DNA of 64,000 nucleotides from Strigamia acuminata (Eukaryota): NCBI GenBank assembly GCA_949358305.1, contig OX442314.1, positions 1,860,001 to 1,924,000 of the forward strand, read 5' to 3'. Shown piece by piece: positions 58,801 to 64,000 of this stretch (position 1 is its first letter; each line of letters starts with the position of its first letter). The notes under the pieces were generated by a model. It saw only the letters and a program-made list of their open reading frames with translations, ran no database searches and was not told where the DNA came from. The position numbers and the translations under genes were made by a program.

Positions 58801-61632
58801 CGTTACGGAAGTCAAGTCCTTTTTGAGACTCGTGAATTTCTATGGACAGTTTGTTGAGGGTTTGTCGACTTTGGCCGCGCCTCTGTATGCGTTGTTAGTT
58901 AAGGGGCAGCCGTGGGTTTGGTCATCTGCTCAGGTTGCCGCCTTTTCACAGATTAAGCAGGCGCTGGTCCGCGCGCCCGTCCTCAGGTTTTATGACCTTT
59001 CCCGACCGGCCGTCGTGGTCGCTGATGCTTCGCCAGTTGGCGTTGGGGCTGTCCTTGCTCAGGTGGGCGAGGACGAGCGGGAGTGGCCGGTGGTTTTCGC
59101 CTCGCGCTCCTTGTCATCTGCGGAAAGGAATTATGCGCAGATTGACAAGGAGGCGCTTGCAATTATGTTCGCGGTGAAGAGATTTCATCAGTATGTGTGC
59201 GGTAGGCGTTTCACAATATATACTGACCACCGGCTCCTTTTGGGCATCCTTGGAAATGACCGTCCGATTGCCAACATCATTTGCCCCCGCATGCTGCGCT
59301 GGGCGTTGTCGCTCGCTTGTTACGATTACGAGTTGCGTTTCAGGAAGGGGATTGACGTGTCGAACGCGGATGCGCTTAGCCGAGCCCCAGTGGACACCCC
59401 GTCACTTGCAGAGGATGTGGTACATACCTTTCTGACTGAATTGGTTCGCGAGAGCTTGATTAGCAGGGACGAATTGGTGTCGGCGACCAGAAACGACATG
59501 GTTTTGAGTCGGGTGGTCCGGTTGGTTGGTACGGGCGTGTGGTCCGACAGTGGTGATGTGGGTGCCATGGCCCCTTTTAAACAACGATTTGGTGATCTTT
59601 CGTTGGACGCGGGTGTATTATTCTGGGGGGATAGGTTTGTTGTCCCGGCCGCCTTGATACCGCGTGCCCTTTTGCTTTTGCACGATGGGCATGTGGGGGT
59701 CGTCTCCATGAAGGAGCGCGCGCGTGCTGCGCTGTGGTGGCCGGCGGTGAATGCGGACATTGTCGCGTATTGCGCGGCGTGTCAGGTTTGCAGGAAATTA
59801 GATCCCTTACCCCCTCGCGTCCAGCCGGTCAGTTGGCCACGTGCTACGTCACCATGGGAGCGTGTCCACCTGGATTACGCGGGCCCCCTTTTAGGAAAAA
59901 TGGTCCTAATTGTGGTGGACGCGTTTTCCGGGTGGATAGAGGCGCAGGCTGTCGCCTCCGCAACTAGCAGCGCCACAATTGCCATTTTGAGGCGCCTGTT
60001 TGCGGATTTCGGGTTGCCCACCACCGTCGTCTCGGACAACGCGACATGTTTTTCGTCGCAGGCCTTTCGCGAGTTTTTGGCCAACAACTTGATCACGCAG
60101 TTGTGGTCACCCCCGTACCACCCACAAAGCAACGGCCGGGCTGAGAGGGGGGTGCGCGAATTTAAGGAGCGCCTGGCTAAGATCGCCATTGGCGACCTCG
60201 ACACGCGCATCTCTCAAGTGTTATTCGCCCTCCACTCGTCGGTGGGGGGAAGGGACGGATTAACTCCGGCCCATCGCTTCCTCGCGCGGCCCTTGCGCAC
60301 GCACATACAACTTCCTGCGGTCAGCCGTACTGAGGAGTCCACGGTCAATGTGACCGGCGGAAGCGTTAGGAGTTTTAAAATTCGAGATTCAGTTTGGTAT
60401 AAGGTTTTTCCAGCCACTGTAAAAGCTTGGAGGGCTGCCACCATTCTTGCAAAGAAAGGTATTGTGTCGTACGAGATAGTGGACCAGGAAACTGGGCAGA
60501 GACAGGTGCGCCACGTCAATCATTTACGGCGGCGCGTGCTGCCTGATGGATCTGCCCACGCACCCCGTGATGTGGACTTTCCAGAGAACAGTGACTAAAC
60601 CGTACTAATCGTGCCCGAGACTCCCGTGCAGAGAGTACTGTCGGATGAATTATGGATGCTGTTGGCGGCGCCAGCAGTTGTGCAGTCGTCGTCTTCATCT
60701 TCTGCAGCATCTTTGGAAGAACCGGGTATACCTGACATTATTAATCAACCTATTATTATAGATGAAGCAGTAGTTCTTGACCATGGTCCGGCGGAGCAGG
60801 TGGTTCCCCTTGACGTTGTCGAGGGCGAGAAAGTACTCGACAGAAGGCGACTCAGTGTCTGCTTGGAGCAGATTGATGATTTGTTGCCGGGTTTGATGCC
60901 CCTTGTGCCAACACAGGCTGAAGAGCTTCCCGTGGCCGGTGTTCCGACACCATTAGACGTCCCTATAGTGTTGGAAATTCCGATGGGTAGCCGGGTGCGC
61001 CTCGCGCCGGATGGCCTGTTGCCAGCTGCTGATGATGCGATTCCTGGCCCAAGTGGCGAGTTGTCGGATGCCCCTCTGCGCCTATCATCGGGCAGTAGCG
61101 GGTCCTCGAGTGAACGAGAGATGACTGAGGGACCCGACGAGCCAGTAGATGCCCCGTTCATTCCACGTCGGTACCCCGCTCGCGAGAGGCGACCTCCTGA
61201 GCGGCTAAGAGACCCAAATTTCGTTCAAACCCCGGCCAAAAAGCGCAAGAAAAGATCGCGCAAGCACGATGAGTTCGAGCAGACAGATCCAAAGTAGAGT
61301 CAAATCGTTTAAATCATAAGTTCGTTGTTTTATTTACATTACAGTTTGTTAAATTTTCGTATACTTGCAAAAATCTGGGAGAGTGATGTTTTGTTCCAGC
61401 GCAACTAATTAACTGTAAATTGATCAATCTATTGTAATAATTGACTCTGAGTTTGTAATAAGTAATTCTAAATTGTACACGCGGAATTGTTAAGGTTGCT
61501 CTGGGCAACGGTTGGAATAAAAGGACAGAACATGTTCGGTTTTGATTGAATTCAGACGTTTCGTTTCTGCCTTACGAAAAGGCATAAAGTTTGTTAGTGT
61601 TAGACAGTAAATTCTAAAGTAGAACCACTAAA
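55853..61632 (+). mobile_element. Mag-like Ty3/gypsy LTR retrotransposon, slightly decayed
   Basis: 246-bp LTRs 55853-56098 and 61387-61632 (4 mismatches seen), 5-bp TSD AAAGT, PBS TGGCGCAGTCG (tRNA-Ser-like) at 56100, purine tract before the 3' LTR. Confidence 0.92.
56619..61297 (+). pseudogene. Gag-Pol polyprotein with one frameshift (about 56870) and one in-frame stop (60596-60598)
   Basis: CWHCGGPHFRHQC knuckle, VDSGA, YQDD, VADASPVG, LHDGHVG, HLDYAGP and SDNA motifs; tail RRYPARERRPPERL lies in frame after the stop. Confidence 0.85.
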
Positions 61633-63078
61633 AAAGTTTAAATAAATAAAGTTTAATTTAAAGAAGTTGTAAATGTTTATGTGTATTAAAGAAACTAAAT
61701 GCGTCCACTCGGAAAATTTGATTTGAACTAAAAACAATAACTTCATCTTTTTGTTTATAATTTCTGCGTAACTGTGTAGAAATGGAGAATTCTGGCCAAT
61801 TCTTTCGGCTGGCAATTTTTCTGCAGACTTCTGCAGAGAAAAAAAGATTTTCTGGCAAATTTTTTTGGCTGATAAAATTTCTGCAGAATTCTGCAGAGAG
61901 AAAAAGATTTTCTGCAGAATTTTTTCTGCTGGCAAGTTTTCTGCAGAATTCTGCAGATTTTTTTTTACCTGGGTTTCAGATTTGATCCCCCCCCCTAGTG
62001 AGTCTTTCCTTGAGTGGTCGCCAATTTGATTCAATGGTCGGTGTGTTTGTCCAAGTGTCTGGATCCACAAAATTGCGTAAATGGTTAACGGTCAGGTGTG
62101 AAAAGCCCTCCTCATCCAGATTGTTGTAACCTTTCCAACAATCTGTCATAATCGTTGTGGTTCAACATGCTTGTCAATCAAGGCAAGGAAGGTTTGTGCA
62201 TGTCTCTTGTTGTTTCTACTCAAAATTTCTACTCGAAATTTCCCATTGGCTCCTGTCTCTATCATTCCCAGGATCCAACTGCCCTCTACAACCCTCCCTC
62301 TTTCATATTTTCGACAACCTATTTTGGACTCATCGATTTCAACCACATGTCCAGGTCACCCAATTCTTCTCTCAGACTCAAACTTTGAGTCAAGGGCAAC
62401 CATGCACATTTCGCGACAGTATGAATACCAGTCTGCCACTGTAGCAGATTACAACACACTGTCGCGAATCGAGCACTCCCTGATTGTCATTTCATATGAC
62501 ATTTTCGTGGCAAATGTTTATGTCAGCAGGATGCAAACATCAGGTGTTTTTTGTTAATGACAACTGGAGTGGATTTCCCATTCGTTCCTGATGCAATCTT
62601 CTACACCTAAAAGCCCCCAACCCATGCTTGTTTGGATCTAATGTCATTGATCAACGACTCTTTGGACAATTTCTAATCCTGGGGATCAAATTTCGCTCCC
62701 AGAGCCACTCAAGACAAGTCTCCCTACTTCAAAATGCGTGGAAATGCGCAAATAAGTTTAGTCGTGGTTGTGCTTCCGCCATTGCTCTGGTTTGCATTGT
62801 TTAAATTTGAACGGGCTGAAAGCAATCGCGTCCACTTCAAACGAAAAGAATAACCAAGTATCGGCAACGATGGGAATAGTCAACTTCATTTTGGAGTTCT
62901 TTCCGGACAACTGCGTGTCGTACGCCTCATGTTGCGTCTGTAGTGTTTGTTTGATTATCATTAGTTCTAATATTGTCACTAATCGACGCTAGTCGTCTGT
63001 AGAGTTGTAATTGATTTGATTGATGTTAAATGAGAGTACTTGTAATGGCGTACGAATGAAATAAACCACGCAGTTAAC

Positions 63079-63210
63079 CAGGGGGTCGTCTAGGGGTCGT
63101 CCAGGGGTCGTCCAGGGGTCATTCAGGGGTCGTTCAGGGTTCGTTCAGGGGTCGTCCAGGGGTCGTCCAGGGGTCGTCCAGGAGTCGTCCAGGAGTCGTC
63201 CAGGGGTCCA
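63079..63210. repeat. GC-rich 11-bp tandem repeat (ccaggggtcgt)
   Basis: About 12 units. Confidence 0.85.
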
Positions 63211-63237
63211 TGTTCAAGGGATTTGTTCAAAGGATTT

Positions 63238-63342
63238 GTTTACTTTGTGGCTCTGGATTTCACAGAGTTCGAGCAGTTGGGTTTATATTTCCATTGGAAA
63301 CATAGCGGCGCATCTCGTATTTGTTGGTCGAATGGTTGCGAC
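63238..63342 (+). repeat. Third copy of a ~100-bp sequence also found 3' of both peptide genes
   Basis: Homologous to about 34138-34245 and 51985-52085. Confidence 0.7.
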
Positions 63343-64000
63343 CGATCGATCTCCGTCTAGCGGTCTATCTGCCGACGAAATTCAACTTTGTATCAATAAA
63401 CAAAGACAATTCAAACACAACGGCGCAGTTCAGCGCGCGCAATTCCAAATTCATCTCTTTGAGCCATGCAAGTATCGGCTTTTATGTTCCTGAGTAATTA
63501 ATTAAACTTCGGATTAATTTCTGTTATGAATATCACACCGATTTCTTAATTTAATCGTGAAAATCGATGAAAACAGTTGAATTTTTTAAATCCCGCCAGA
63601 AAATCCCGCCAGAGCAACGACGATGAAGAACGACGGCGACGACATTGCGGATCGAACGTAGTTCGCCGTTGCGCCCGCGCCAGATACCGAAATTGACATT
63701 ACGAAGTATTTGATCCTAACTATCAAACAAAACCATTAAAAGGGATTTAATTTATATATAGGAAGTAGCTTTGATTTTTCATAAAACGAAGACAGAGTCA
63801 TGAGTAGATCGTACACACACCACGTCAATTGCTACTTCAAAAACCAGTTTCGATGCGTTCTATGTGTTCAAAGTGAGGAGAAACACCGTTTCCACTGGAC
63901 GGACGCCAATCACGAAGGAGCTGAATTCGATCTGGAACGTTTCCCCAACAGACGGTGAATTCCGTATTTTGATTGGAATTACAATTTTTCATTGCAATTT

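Larger units (their letters stand above)
55319..61973. mobile_element. Non-autonomous TIR element with CCCAGG termini (CMC/CACTA-like), hosting a gypsy insertion
   Basis: CCCAGG..TCTGCAGAATTCTGCA at both ends with subterminal ctgcagaa repeats; a 2-bp TT duplication restores the Merlin frame (SENLADHL). Confidence 0.7.
55215..62700 (-). pseudogene. Merlin (ISXO2/IS1595-like) DDE transposase remnant, split by an insertion at 55319-61973
   Basis: VEIDESKIGCRKYERGRVVEGSWILG, then TDCWKGYNNL..HLTVNH..FVDP..TIESNWR, continuing NLADHLSEYLWF beyond the insertion; frameshifted; outer limits approximate. Confidence 0.8.

Noticed and set aside
63600..63955. Possible plus-strand gene start (MSRSYTHHVNCYFKNQFRCVLC...)
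   Set aside because: Short, interrupted upstream by stops, no recognisable family, and truncated by the window end.

Overview
Gene-dense, AT-rich eukaryotic (invertebrate, probably arthropod) genomic DNA with short GT-AG introns. The left half holds six host genes: the 3' part of RALGAPB, DTYMK, RNF8, a GALNT2/14/16-type GalNAc transferase, RPAP1 and an SLC3-type (rBAT/CD98hc-like) inactive glucosidase. Many of their introns are filled with unrelated A/T-tract tandem repeats whose unit lengths cluster at multiples of about 10 bp. A Polinton/Maverick remnant lies at about 23 kb. The right half holds a local duplication carrying two small secreted CS-alpha-beta (defensin/scorpion-toxin-like) peptide genes that the ORF track misses or shows only partly. 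Copy 1 has a GG splice donor. Copy 2 is split by a young 14.2-kb Ty3/gypsy element with 1437-bp LTRs, a -1 frameshift heptamer plus H-type pseudoknot, and a third, non-env, apparently intron-containing ORF of about 780 aa. Further right are a piggyBac-type MITE, a solo LTR, a degenerate ethanolamine-kinase-like gene and a three-level nest (Mag-type gypsy inside a CCC-ended TIR element inside a Merlin/ISXO2 transposase). All calls were made by eye; no database searches were run.
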